A stretch of 64,000 nucleotides of DNA from Vicugna vicugna (GCA_013265495.1 MU058687.1:2172001-2236000); one strand, 5' to 3'. Shown: positions 24,916-38,449, counted from the stretch's first letter. Notes: generated by a model from the letters alone, not told the origin. A program made the numbers and translations.

Positions 24916-25041
24916 GGGAGGAGGGTAGGATATAGCTCAGTGGTAGAGCGCGTGTTTAGCATGCACCAAGGTCCTGGGTTCAATCCCCAGTGCCTCTGTT
25001 AAAGAATAAATATATGAATAAACCTAAATACCACCCCCACC
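24916..25041 (+). mobile_element. tRNA-derived SINE (Vic-1-like, camelid) with 15-bp TSD
   Basis: A-box tagctcagtggtagag and B-box ggttcaatcc; TSD AAAGATTCAGGCTCT (24901-24915) / AAAGATTCAAGCTCT (25042-25056). Confidence 0.88.
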
Positions 25042-25289
25042 AAAGATTCAAGCTCTTTCCCCAATACTGTCATCTGAAACTCAAAGCACTTGTGAGTCAG
25101 CATCCATTTTGGCCAGAGTCTGGCCACTGTCAAAGAAGGTTTAGGGAGACCAAGGAACAAGTAGGAAAAAGATTTCTTAGCCGCCTAACACCTTGCATTC
25201 CTAGGACTGGTTGGCCACCTTTGCCAGTGGTTCTGCTTCTGGTGCCAGAAGCAGAGCAGGGAATCAGTACTCACTTGCGATGATTTTAA

Positions 25290-25790
25290 TATGTCCAGAA
25301 ATTCTTTGTTATGCCTTCCTTTAGGAGGTAGAGCTTAATTTCCCATCGCCTGAGTATAGGCTTTACTTAGTGACTCTTAGAATGAACAGAATATGGCAGA
25401 AGTCATATTACCTGACACTTAATAACTTCTAAAGGCAGGTCATAAGAAGCATTGCAGCCTCTTTCCTCCTTCCCCACTTCCTGGGCTCACTCAGCCTGGG
25501 GAAGCCAGCTGCCATGTTGTGAGGACCTTCACGCAGCTCAGTGGTGAGTCTCATGGGGCAAGGAACTGAAGCCACCTGCCAACAGCCTGTGAGTGAAGCC
25601 ACTTCAGAAGTGGGTCCTCTAGCCCCAATCAACCTTCAAATAACTGCAACCTCATGAGAGACCCTGAGACAACTGCCCAGGTAAGCTGCTTCCAAATTCA
25701 TTACCCACGGAAACTGAGATTTTAAAATTTTGGTGCTCTCAGAACTAAGTTTTGGGAGAATTTGTTACATAGGGTTAGAAAATTAATGCA
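25290..25790 (+). mobile_element. MLT1F-like LTR
   Basis: gggaagccagctgccatgttgtgagg..gccaacagcctgtgagtga..ctcatgagagaccctgag..tttgttacat. Confidence 0.8.
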
Positions 25791-26224
25791 GGACAATAAG
25801 ACAAACGTATATATCACTGCTGATGAGAACTGAGACTCTGATCCTGTCACATTCTTTTTGAGAAGCTCTAACTTTTTGTTACCTTAAATTAGGTGCTCAC
25901 TGTTCAGTTGGGTGACCAAGATCCTGCTACAGTATCTCCCACAACTTCCCTAAGCAGACTCAATTGAATGTTTGCTGCACCTTGAATACTTTTCAGATGT
26001 TCATACCTTTGCCCACCAGCCTGAAAATATTCCCCAGATCTCAGCTCCATCTCTAAAAAGTCTTTGCATCCTCCAGGTCCTATTCCCAAAGCTGTGTTCT
26101 TCATGAAACTATTTGAGTGTCTCAACCAGATATTCTGGTCTTCATCCAAACTCCCACTGTACTTTGTGCTCCTATTTGCCGCCTACCCAGCAGCCTTTCT
26201 CTTTGTTCATGCCGGCAGAGCCCT

Positions 26225-26700
26225 GGTTTATTTTGTGTGGTCATTTCTCATATTGACTCAGGGTGAAAATATTCATTAGTTGAAGCCATCCAGAGTGGTT
26301 CTTATCCCCTTGGCAGTGATTGGTGCAGAAGTGGTCATGTGATGTAGTTTTGACCAATGAATTAGGAGGAAATGTCTGCATTCTGGGAAAGGCTTTAAAA
26401 AATATTTTTAAATCTGGAAACACTTAAGATTATGGAAGGAACAGTTCTGCTGAACATTATCTGTGTGGGTATGATTTCTAGAATCACAGCAACCATTTTA
26501 TAAACACCAGGGACGTTAGCCTAAGGACGGGTGAGTATAAGATGGGAAGAACCAGGGTCCTATAGGATTTTCAGACCATGAATAGTCATCTTGTTACCTT
26601 CCTACCTCTGGACTTCATGGTATGTGAGGTCCTTTAGATATTCTGAATTAAGCCAGTTAAGTTGGTTTTGTTATTTGCAGCTGGCAGCTGAAAATATCCT
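26225..26700 (+). mobile_element. LTR16/LTR33-like ERVL LTR
   Basis: ggcagtgattgg..gtggtcatgtga..cctacctctggactt..taagccagtt..ttatttgcagctg. Confidence 0.55.
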
Positions 26701-29476
26701 AATTAGCACAAAAATCTGGTGATACTTTTAAAGACTTACCCCTATAGTCGTTTTTTTCTTGTATCCTGTCATAATCTGGAAGGCAGGGATTATATCTTTA
26801 TTGAAGACATTACCAAAAAATACACAAAAAGTCCTTTGGTAACCACAAAATACCTATAGAAGCTACAAAAAAGAAATAAAAAGGTATCAATAAAAAAAAA
26901 AACCCACACAAACCCATGTTTTTGTTTTTAGAGAAAGACAGCAAGAAAGAAAAAGAGAGATGAACTAGAAATAGAAAATTGTTTTAAAAATGGCAATAGT
27001 AAATCCTTCCTTAATTACCTCTCCAGTAAAAAGATAGAGAGTGGCTGAATGGGTTGAAAGGAAAAATCAAGATCCAACTGTGTATTGTCTATAGGAAAGT
27101 CAGTTTAGATTCAAAGACACACAGGTTGAAAGTGAAGGGATAGAAAAAGATATTCCATGCAAATGTAACCAAAAGAAAGCAGAATGGCTATACTAAGACA
27201 AAGTAGATTTTAAGTCAAAAATTGTCTCTAGACACAAAGGTCATTACATAATGATAAAAAGAATTCAACTATAAGAGCTGTAAATACATGTGCAACCAAC
27301 ATTAGAGCACTTAAGTATGGAAAACAAATCTTGAAAGATCTGAGAGGAGAAACTGACAGCAATACATTTATTGTAGGAGACTTCAATAGCTAAGTTTCAA
27401 TGATGGATAAGATATTCAGGCAGAAAAAAATCAAGAAGCAGTGGACTTGCCCACTACTACAGACCAAACGGACCTAACAGACACATACAGAAGTTTTCAC
27501 CCAATAGCAGAAAAATACTTCCTTCTTAAGAGCACATAGAACATTCTCCAGGATAGATCACATGTTATATCACAAAATAAGTCTGAACAAATTTCAGATT
27601 GAAATCATACCAAGTATCTTTTCTAACCACAGTGGAATAAAACTAGAAAACAGCACGAAAATGAGAAAATTGACAAATACATGGAAACTAAATTGTATAC
27701 TCGTGAACAACCACTGAGTCAAAGAGGAAATCAAAAGAGAATTTTAAAACTATCTCAAACATGAAAACACAACTTACCAAAACATATGGGATTCAGTAAA
27801 AGCAGTACTAAGAAGGAATATAGCGATAAACACCTTCGTTAGAAGATTTCTAAAGAACAGTGAAACTTTATACCTCAAGGAATCAGAAAAAGAACAGATG
27901 AAAATAAGCAGAAGGAAATAAGGATCAGAGAGGAAATAAAATAGAGAACAGAAAAACAAACCTAAGAGTTGGTTTTTTTGAAAAATAAAATTGACAAACC
28001 CTTAGTTAAACTAAGGAGAAAGAAGACTCAAAGTCCAAAATGAAAGTGGAAACATTACAATGGATGCCCAGAATTATAGAGGACAAGGGGTGATTATGAA
28101 CAATTATATGCCAATGAATTGGATAACCTAGAGAAATGGGTAAATTCCTAGAAACATAGCCTACCAAGACTGAATCAAGAAATAGAAGGCCTCAGCAGAC
28201 CAGTAACAAATAAGGTGATCAAAGCAGTCATCAAAACCTTTCTAACAGAGAAAGCCAAGGACCAGATGACTTCATGGCTTATTCTACTAAACATTCAAAT
28301 ATTCAAAGAATTAATACCAATCTCTCTTAAACTCTTTCAAAAGAAAAAAAAAAGAGAAATAGTTCCATACTCATTCTATAAGGCCAACACCAGTCTGATA
28401 CCAAAACTAGACAGACACAAGAAAATTACAGACAAACACAGATCAATATCTCTAAACATATATGCAAAAATCCTCAATTAATTACTAGCAAACTAAGTTC
28501 AACAACACATCAAAAAGACTATACACCATGACAAAGTGGGATTTATCCCTAGGATGCAAGGTTGATTTAACATATGCAAATTAACAAACATGATATACTA
28601 TATAAACAGAATGATATAAAAATCACATGGTCATCTCAATATGGGAAAAGCATTTAACAGAGTTCAACATCCATTCATGATAAAAACTCAACAAAATAGG
28701 TGTAGAAGGAAATTTCCTCAACATAAAGGCCATTTTTGAAAGACCCACAGCTAATTTCTTAATCAGTGGGGAAAAAAATAATCTTTTCCTCTAAGGTCCA
28801 GTAAGAGGCACAGGTGCCCACTCTTGCCACTTCTATTCAGCATAAGACTGGAAGTACTAGCGAGAGCAATCTGACGAGAATAAAGGGCATCTAAATCAGA
28901 AAGGAAGTAAAATTATCTGTTTGTCTATGACATGATTCTTTATGTAGAAAGCCCTAAGGACCCCATTAAAAAACTGTTAGAACTTGATAAATAAATTCAG
29001 TAAAATTACAGGATACAAAAATCAACATACAGAAATCAGTTGCATTTCTTAACACCAACAATGATTTATCCCAAAAGGAAATCAAGAAAACAATCCCATT
29101 TACAATTGCTCCAAAAATAAAATAATGAGTAATAAATTTAACTGAGGAGAAAAACCTGTATACTGAAAATTACAAAACATTGAAAGAAATTAAAGATACA
29201 AATAAGTGGAAAGCTATCACAGGTTCAAGGATTGGAAGAATATTGTTAAAATGTCCATACTACCCAAAGTGACACACACAGTCAATGCAATCCCTATCAA
29301 AATCCCAATGGCATTTTTTGCAGAAATAGAAAAAGCAATTCTAAAATGTGTATGGAACCACGAAGACCCTAAATAGCCAAAGCAATTCTGAGAAAGAACT
29401 AAGTTGTATTAGCATCATACTTCCTGATGTCAAGTTACATTATAAAGATATAGTAATCAAAGCAATACGGTACTGC

Positions 29477-30364
29477 CTCCCGAAATGAATTTAACAGGAC
29501 TGACCTATTGTTAGCACTAAGATTGGTTCGATTACCATCTCCCCTCTGCCCCCACAAAAATCCTCACAAACAAGACTGGTTTGAGGAGATGGAGCAGTCT
29601 ACCAATTCAACTTCTGGACTATTTAAGAAGTTTCAAAGGCAGGACTATAGGGGAACAAAATCTGCCACCCCCAAATATCTCTTTGGCATGTGGATTATTT
29701 CAAGCTGAAGAAAAAAAAAAAAAACAGTCAAGACCCAAAAGACTCAGGAGGAAACTTTGACCTTCCCCTTAACTGCCCAAAGAATTTGGATAGAGGACCT
29801 ATTACAGGACTAGAGCTATCCACCAGAGATATCTGCGATGCATACAGGCTAGGTCTGGCAGAGAACCTACTAGAGTTACGTCCACTCTGTCCCATGGTCT
29901 CTGTACGGCCCAGCAAACATTTGTTTACCAAATATTTGCTTTTCCTCTTTTGTCTGTTGCTGAAGAATATATTTAAGGTGAGGGTTTCAGCCATTTTGGT
30001 GAGTTAGTTTCTCTTGCTCTCCCTCAATATATACATGTTACACAAAGTTAGACTTTCTCCTGTTAACCTGTCTCATGTCAATTTAGTTCTTAGACCAGCC
30101 AGAAGAACCCAGAAGGACAGAGGAAAATTTCTTCTTCCAACAGTGCTGCATCTTTCCAGTTCAAGTCGTTGCGTCTTTCCATGTTTTACCTCTTTCTTCA
30201 TATAGGATCACACAATTTTTGTAATCTTATTCCTAAGTGTTTTACCATTTCTGCTGCTATTGTTACTGTTTCCCCCTCCTTTCTCTTTCTATGTAGTCTT
30301 GTTTTTATTGAAAGATACTAATTTCTACATAAATGCTTACCCATCACTGTACCAAAAAAACCAA
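29477..30364 (+). other. Retroposed non-L1 segment (processed transcript fragment or orphan transduction) with 13-bp TSD
   Basis: TSD AATACGGTACTGC (29464-29476) / AATATGGTACTGC (30365-30377); A-run at 30354-30360; CATAAA at 30328. Confidence 0.65.
29646..30142 (+). mobile_element. MER34-like solo LTR (ERV1)
   Basis: Start tataggggaacaaaatctgccacccccaaatatctctttggcatgtggattatttcaagctgaag and end ttcttcttccaaca resemble the MER34 family. Confidence 0.7.
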
Positions 30365-30979
30365 AATATGGTACTGCAAAAACCAAATACATAGATTAGT
30401 GGGACATAATTGAGAGTCTAGAAATAAACCCTAGTGTATAGAGTCCACTAATTTTCAACAAGTGCACCAAGAATACACAATAGGGAAAGGATAATGTCTT
30501 CAATAAATGGTCCTGGGAAGACTGGATATCCACATGCAGAGGAATGAAATCAGATGCTGCCTTACATCATAAGCAGAGATCAAGTTAAAACACATTAAAG
30601 GTTTCATAGAAGACCTGAAATGGGAAAACCTAGGGGGAAATCTTCTTGACATTGGCCTTGGTGATGATTTTTTTGGATATGACATCAAAAGCTCAGCAAC
30701 AGAAACAACTTAGTGAGACTACAGGCTAAAAATCATCTGCACAGCAGAGGAAACAAATCCACACAATGAAAAAGCAACCTAGGGACTGGGAGAAAATATT
30801 TGCAATCCATATATATATACACATATTACATGTATATATGTGTATGTATATATATATACACATATTACATATATATATTACACATATATATACATATGGA
30901 GTTAATAGCCCCCAAATATAAGAAAGTCATATAACTCGACAGCAAAATCACAATCCAGTTTAAAAGCTGAGCAAAGGAC

Positions 30980-32344
30980 TTGTTGGACCACACCCCACAG
31001 GCCTGCAAGCCTTGTAGTTGCTCAGCCTTGAGACCGAAGAAAGAGCCTGGGGTCAGCGACAGAGACATCAATGGCTTATTGGACAGGGGATCCTACACGT
31101 CCACAGGAAAATATCCTGGAGCAACACCCAGTACCCCAATGTGCACGGCAGTCAGCAGGCAGGACATGGCAGCAATCTTTGTCACTCAGGGAAGAAGGCG
31201 GCCACCATCTACAGGGGAATTGTTATCAGGTTGGCTCATCAGTTACCAGGGAAACCAGCAACTGGGGCATATCCCTCACAGCCTCTCATGTTAAAGAGCA
31301 TCAAAAGGTCAGATGTTTCCTTTAACAAGCTAGCAGGTAGGGCCGTTCTGGCCCAAAGATTAAACATTCACTAGCCGGGGCAGGAGGCAACCACGTTCAT
31401 GTGAGTAGGTGAAGGTGAAGCAGGGACTGGTCAAGCAGTGCAGCCAGCTTGAGTGACCTGACCATTCACTCCACCCCTACATACCCTGCATGACCCTGAC
31501 AGTCTTGGTCCACCCCTCTTCCTCCATATCCCTGGAGTCAGGTATGCAGCGGTACGCTGCAACCAAATACCACAAGTGCAGCTCAAGAGTATCAAGAGTA
31601 AGCCAGTCACTTACTGTGTCAATTTTTCTTGAAAGTCCAGAGGAGGATGCCAACGGCATCTCACTGTAGACCCAGCAATCAGACTCATTTCACAGGGAGG
31701 CCACCATCATCGCCCAGTTCATGAACAGATTCCCTCCATTCAGACTTGGGAAGAAATATACCTTGAGATTACCCCCGCCCCGCAACTTTCCATTCTTCAT
31801 CCTTATTTCCTGACATCTTGGCGCTCACGGGCATTTCCTTGGCCTCCTGGCTGGCTTTTCAATGGTTGGGCTACACCCCGCCTGCAGCCCTGTGATTGCC
31901 CAGCCTCGAGACCAAAGAAAGAGCCCGGAGTCAGCGACACAGATATCAACATTTATTGGACAGGGGGATCTTACACGTATGCAGCAAAACGTCCTGGAGC
32001 AACACCCCATGTCAGAGAGCAGGCAGAACATGGCAGCAATCTTCCCTACTCGGTGGGAAAGGAGGCTACCTTTTATAGGGGGAATTGATATCAGGTTGGC
32101 TCATCAGAAACTGGCAACTGGGGCACATCCCTCACAGCCTCTCACGTTAAAGACCATCAAGAGATCAAATGTTTCCTTTAATAGGCTAGCAGGTGGGGCC
32201 GTTCTGGCCTGAGGATTAAACCATCACTAGCTGGGGCAGGAGGCAACCATGTTCATGTGAGTAGGTGTAGGTGAAGCAGGGACTGGTTGAGCACGGGAAG
32301 GACAAAGAGCAAGAGAGCAGCCATCTTGAGTGACCTGACCATAA
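30980..32344 (-). mobile_element. Miniature two-LTR endogenous retrovirus (class III-like, non-autonomous)
   Basis: Direct repeats 30980-~31466 and 31863-~32344. tRNA-Arg(ACG)-like PBS at 31844-31861, PPT-like aggggtggag (minus strand, ~31469-31478), flanking duplication (AA)AGGAC at 30973-30979 / 32343-32349. Confidence 0.85.
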
Positions 32345-33329
32345 AGGACCTTAACAGATTTCCAAAGAAGATTTACAAATGGCCAACAGGTATTTGAAAA
32401 GGTGCTCACCATCACTAATTATCAGGGAAATGCAAATCAAAGCCATGATGAATTATTACCTCATAGTGACAGTTCATCATAAGATGGCTATTATCAAAAA
32501 GATAGAGATAAATGTTGATGAGGATGTAAAGAACAGGGATCCCTTGTACACTGCTGGTAGGAATATAATTTGGTATAGTTGTGGGAAACAGTATGGAGGG
32601 TTCTCAAAAAGTTAAAAATAGAACTACCAGATGATCAGCAATCCTTCCTCTGAGTATATAGCAAAAGGAAATGAAATCAGTGCCTTGAAAAGATATCTGC
32701 ATTCCCATGTTGATTTGCAGCATTATTCACAGTAGCCAAGATATAGAAACAACTCAGGTGTCCATTAACAGGTGAGTGGATAAGAAAATATATGTGTGTG
32801 TGTGTGTATACATATATATATATCTCCATTTACTCCATCATGGATAAAACTGGAGGACATTATGCTAAGTGAAATAAGGCAGACACATCAAGAAAAATAC
32901 TGCATGATCCCACTTATGTATGGAATCTAAAAAAAATGAATGCATAGAAGCAGAGAATAGAACCTTGGTTACCAGGGGTGGGGAGGTAGGGGAAATGGGA
33001 AGATGTTGGTCAAAGGGTATTACGTTGCCATTATGTAAGATGAAGGTCTAGAGATCTAATGTACAGCATGATGACTATAGTTAATAATACTGTATTGTAT
33101 CCTGGAAATTTGCTAAGAGTGTAGATTTCAGGTGCTTTCACCATATACAAAAAAATGGAAATTTTGTGAAGAGATGCCTATGTTAATTAGCTTGACTACA
33201 GTAAACTTTTCACTATGAACATGTATGTCAAAACATCATACTGTACATCTTAAATATATCCAGTTTTTATTTTTAAAAAGTAAATAAAAGTAAAGTTTTT
33301 ACTTCTCCTTTTCATTTTCCCTACCTACC

Positions 33330-33775
33330 TTTAATTATCAGCCCCTCTGAAGGGTAAATACTATCCTGACATCTAACAACATGGATCGGTTTTGTTTGTT
33401 TTTACATTTCATGCAAATGGAAGCATACAGTGCTTTTTTTTTTTTTTTTTTTTTTTGGTCTGGCTTCCTTTGCTTATTATTACGTCTGTGAGATTTATCC
33501 AATTTGTTGTATGTCTCAGTCGTCTCTTCATCCTCATTACGCTAGTATTCCATTGTATAAATACACCACAATTTATGCATCCACTCTACTGTTGATGATG
33601 GACATCTAGGTTGTTTCCAGTTTGGGGCTGTTACAAATAGTGTTGCTATATACATTCTTGTACATTCTGTTGGTGAATATATGTATACATACCTAGGGGC
33701 TGGACTGATGGGTCATAGAGTAGGCGTGTGTTCAGTTTTGATATAGATATAGGGCCAAACAGTTTTTCAGATGTT
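33330..33775 (-). mobile_element. L1M 3' fragment
   Basis: tattccattgtataaatacaccacaattt...ggttgtttccagtttggggct. Confidence 0.75.
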
Positions 33776-33879
33776 GTCTTCTTAGTATCTACTCACATTC
33801 CTCAACCTTCTTGGCTTTCTGCCTTCAAAGAACCTACTTTATACATAATGGATACTTAACAAGGAATCATTATGTAATT

Positions 33880-33965
33880 CTATCTATCTATACATATACA
33901 TGGATGTATATGTATCTGTATCTGTATCTGTATCTATATCTGTATTTGTACCTAAATCTACATCT
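33880..33965. repeat. (TATCTG)n-like microsatellite
   Basis: tgtatctgtatctgtatctgtatctatatctg. Confidence 0.85.
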
Positions 33966-36900
33966 CCATATTGTATGTAATAGAATTAAATGTAATAGTA
34001 ACCCTACTAAGCCAGCAGTCAAACATGCTATGCTATGCTGGGGTCACAGAGGATGTGAAGTCAGCAAGGGGTGGCTGGGGAGCCCCCATTCCCTTCTGAA
34101 ATTTGAGTCAGCAATGGATTCACCCAACAGTGTGTTGCAGTTTCCCGCTGTCTGAATTCTGGAAGTTGCTACAACTTCTTTCTTGTGGTAGTTGACAAAA
34201 TGGAAGCAAGCCTTTGGAAGGAAGGAGTGTTAGTGAAGAAAAAGGTTATCTTTCTTCCCTAGTGCTGGAATTGGGGAAGAATGAGCCATGTCAGGAAACT
34301 TGGAGAAGAGGAACAAGATTTTTGGTGGGGGAACAGTCCAGTAAAAGCTGCCAGGCCAAGAGTCCTGGGTGTGGTATTGATTTTCTTATAATTATTTTTG
34401 TTTCAACAAACTATCTTTTCCTGGATGTTTTTATCATTCAACTTTTAGAAAGATTTGGTTTGTGTAGTGATATTAACACAGCTCTTCTGTGAACTGTCTC
34501 CCCATACTAGGAATAACTTTCAGAATTTCTATAAATGGAACCATTACAATGTTGGAGGATTTTTTTTTAATCACAGGAGAACTCTAAAATGTGAACTGTG
34601 ATTTGCTTCAACTTTGACTGGTCTCATGAGCAAATTTAAGGTCACTAAGAAACATATAATTTCCCACAGATGTTAAATCTCTGTATAAAGTTGTTAATAC
34701 TCAGGAACCCTGTGTGCTCACAGAAAGGGCCAGAATCTGTGATTTTGGCTAACCATCTATCTGTTCTCAGTCTCTAATGGAAAAAAAGAACTCAGTGATT
34801 GCAGTCCAGGGTCTCTTACAATGAAATTCTGTATGTGGAGTGGATTCATCAATCTATTTTTTTTTAATCATAAGTGGCGTAGGTGATTCACATTTGAATG
34901 GCAAAATTAAGGGTCTTTAAGTCAAGTAAGTAATTGTAAAAACTACAGATTCCAAGTGGATCTGCACATACACATCAGAAAATACTACAGAATTCATAAC
35001 AAACCAAGCTGATATTTTTGAAGCCAAAACAATAGTAATTAATAATTTAAAGGAAAGAATGATGAGTATTAAAAACCCTGACTCGCTCGGGGTGGCACTG
35101 ATGATTGATGGCACACTGATAATAAATTGGCCTTTTCAAAAGCTATGGGAACGTTGAGTCCATGCATGCGTGTTCAGGAGTTGCTCTGCAGTGTGGCTCA
35201 GGACTGTGCAGATGCCAGACGGCTTAGCAGACCCAGGACTAGAAGTCTCTGGTGAACCCTGGGAATGTGCTAATGTAAGTGTATGAGTATAGTTCAGCAA
35301 TCCTTCATAACCCTCTTAGGAGGTTACTAGTAAGAACCCCTTAGTCATATGAAAAGTCTTTGTAACTGCTCCTCATTTGCCCTGAGAAGAACCACGAAAG
35401 CACTTGTGCCAGTTCTTGGCCCAGTGAAGGACCCCACACAACCCAGCAGTGGGACGTGGACCTTCTGAGAATCAGAGTCCTACACCACTGTAGTGAATAG
35501 AAATGGAAGCTCCAGTCCTCTTTGTGCAGCTGTCGAAATCTTCCCGCAGGACTCGGGTGATAACGGGATGAGTTAAGAGGCACTGAAGGAGCAGGCTGAG
35601 TGCTAGCTATGGCTATGCAGAACCCCAGTATTAGCAGCCCAGTGAGTCTGGCTGAGACTTGGGTGTGAAGCAATCAATTACCAGGCATGTCACGGTGGAG
35701 TGAGTATGGGTGTTGGAGGTTGCTTAGGTTGGGAGAGGCCAGGTCAGCACATTGTCTGATTATTTCTAGTCTTCTCTTTTCTACAGGAAGCTTTTCCATC
35801 ACCTCTCATGGCATATATATACATATATATACTTAATTGTCAAAATAATTTCCTTAAAAAGTAATCAGAAAGCGAGAAATTGATTTATAGCTGAAGTCAG
35901 TTTCTGTATTATTTGTTCCAAATATATATTTCAAAGCTCTGCATGAAATACCGGACAGTACAGAGATCAGAACACATACAAAGATCAGATCTTGTCATTT
36001 GTGAATTTGGTGAATTACAACATTCGAATCGCCACTTAAAAGTGTGTTGTCCTAAAAGCCTTATGTTATTTCTCAAAATAAAGGAGGTCTGCAGAGACCC
36101 AGGTGTCCAATTGCTTTCCATTTTAGCTACTACCTAATATATTTTGCATTAATCTCCGCTTTGCCTTTCTTAGTCCTCAACAGCTAAGCATCACTCTAAC
36201 CAGATTCCCAGTTGATTATTTTTTAAACGAGTGTGCTTGTGAAGGTTGCTTATAGAGATAGTTGCACATCCTGAGCTCTGGCAGGACATCAAAAGACAGA
36301 ATTAGAGATGAGCCTCCCCCTCTGTGCTCACCATGAAAATATTAAATAGGATAGAGGCATGAGGAAGGCACAGGAGCACACACCTTTGTAGTTGGGTTTT
36401 TCCACTGGAACCTGCAGATCAGTCTTCATTTTGCAGAATATTTTTACAAATGTGTTTATTGACTGAGTTTTAGAAAGGTAGGTGTACCTGTGGTTTATCC
36501 TATGTTAGCCACCAGTAGGTTTAGGATTTCCTGCCTAATGTGTTAACTAGGTGTCAGGAACCCTCACACCAGTAAGCAATGGAAGGCCACCGGAAACTAA
36601 GGAATGCCTAGTGCAGAGACAGCTCTGTGATTGACTTGTCGACATATCCAGTTTGGTCTCAGAACAAAAAGTAGACAAATTTAGAAAGTCTGCTTTATGT
36701 CTGTGGTTGGTATGTCTTTATTCTTTACTCTAAAGTGCTAAAAAATATTCTACCAAACTCCAAATTTTTTAGCATTCCAACCTGTTGTATCAGCACTAGA
36801 AGTTGTCAAATACCTCACAATGATTCTTTCTACCTCTAGGAGTGGCACTTTTCACAGAGCCACTTTCTATACCGGCAGGTGGAAATGTGACCTTTGCTAT

Positions 36901-38449
36901 AATTGCTACTCTGATGTCTTCTACCCTCCCAAATGCTTGATTGGAAGATACCTAGTGAGGTGTGAGAGTCCATGGGGAATGGCAGGCGGGAATGAGAACG
37001 TTTGGAGTTGGAGGAAGAAGGGAGAGAATTGAGGAGAGAAAGCAGCCACCTTGATGGTAGAGTCAAGTCCTTCGAAAATTGGAGAAAGCCTATAGCCCAG
37101 AGAACCAGCACCGACATACTGACACATCTTGAGGCAGAGAGGATTCTGGGACAATCCCTACTTTTTTGTGCTCAGAGTGGAGTTGAGGGTAGAGTCAGTA
37201 ATGACAACAACAGCAGAGGAGGATGAATGGAGTCCCCTTCCCCCTGCCAGGCCTGCTGCTCCAGGGAGATGCCACCGGCCATTTAAATTAACAGCCAAGA
37301 TGCCCAGCAGGCCTGGAGGCTAGACCAGCCCACAGCCCTTGGTAAAAGCCTTCCCCTAAACTGTGTGTATCCACTTCTCACATACTCAGTGGCAAAGGGT
37401 GCCTTTACAGTCTAGGGAAAGGAGATAGCATCAATTAAGCAATTAGAGTCACTGTCTCCTCCTCCAAAAGGACTCCTCTACCTAAAGGAAGATGGCCAGC
37501 TTGACAGTTTCTTGGAGCTCACTGATCAGAGTTGGTTACAGCTGGAGAAAGGGAAAAGGAGGGGCAGTGTCACTGTTTCTATATTCACACTGAAGTTCCT
37601 CTTACTGCCTCTATTCGCATCATCTGAGTGACTCCTTTTGTTTTTGTAAAGTGTGTTTGTTTCACGGAAGGTCGTTATCTCCATGCTTCTTGCAGATAGA
37701 GATTTCTACTTGTTTCTAACCACATTTTAGTGGCAAAGAATCCAAGAAAGATGATGAATTAATTAGTGTTATTGACTTCCTAAAAGGGTGAGCAGTTCAT
37801 CTCACAGAGCACAGTAATTTTCTAAAGTGAGTGGAAAGGGTTTGTGCGCACAGAAGTGTGCATATATAATGAACTTTCAAATGTATAGAATGTAACACAC
37901 ACTGAGACCATTCTTAAAAATTAAACAGATTCTCACTCAGTTTCGTCACATATCCAACCAAGCCTGGAAAATGGCTAATGAGACCAGTCAGTTAAGCAAG
38001 GGCTAGCCCCATTTCCAGAGCCAATGTGACTGGGCTTTTAATGCATGTGAAACAAACACACAAAAACCCAACCACACACATCATCTTAGCCAACAGACTG
38101 AAGCTCTCCTCTTTTTCTCCCTCCAGCCTCCCTACCTGGGGCAATGCTTCTCAACTATTTAATTCAAGACGCTAACAATAACATCAACAGATTTTGTCCT
38201 CATTTGCTCTCTCTTTTTCTATCTATTCTTAAGTGGGTATCTCTGGGGAGTTGGGAAACAGTCAAAAGCAAAATATCATGGGTCATTTTCGGAGAGGAAG
38301 AGCTCCTTGGAAATCTACAAACTGAGTAGGAGTACCTTGCATATCGGGATTAGTTCTACGTACTTAAGAAATGCAGGGCCAACCCCCTAGTCCCTCCCTC
38401 TCCTTTCCCTTCCAAGCCCAAGTCCACTCCCACTACCCCATCCCTAGAT

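Larger units (their letters stand above)
26810..33290 (+). mobile_element. L1 (near-complete ORF2 and 3'UTR, L1MA-like), interrupted by two insertions
   Basis: Endonuclease GDFN remnant (ggagacttcaat ~27376), RT-region sequence, and 3'UTR ending at ~33290. Colinear across the inserts at 29477-30364 and 30980-32344. Confidence 0.9.

Noticed and set aside
24930..24995. tRNA gene
   Set aside because: tRNA-like head followed by SINE body/tail and flanked by a TSD; it is a SINE.
30980..32415. Mutually similar ORFs at 30980-31374 and 31862-32212 as duplicated genes
   Set aside because: They are translations of the two LTR copies.
35341..35673. 110-aa ORF with a signal-peptide-like N-terminus
   Set aside because: TTG start, no recognisable family and no supporting gene structure.
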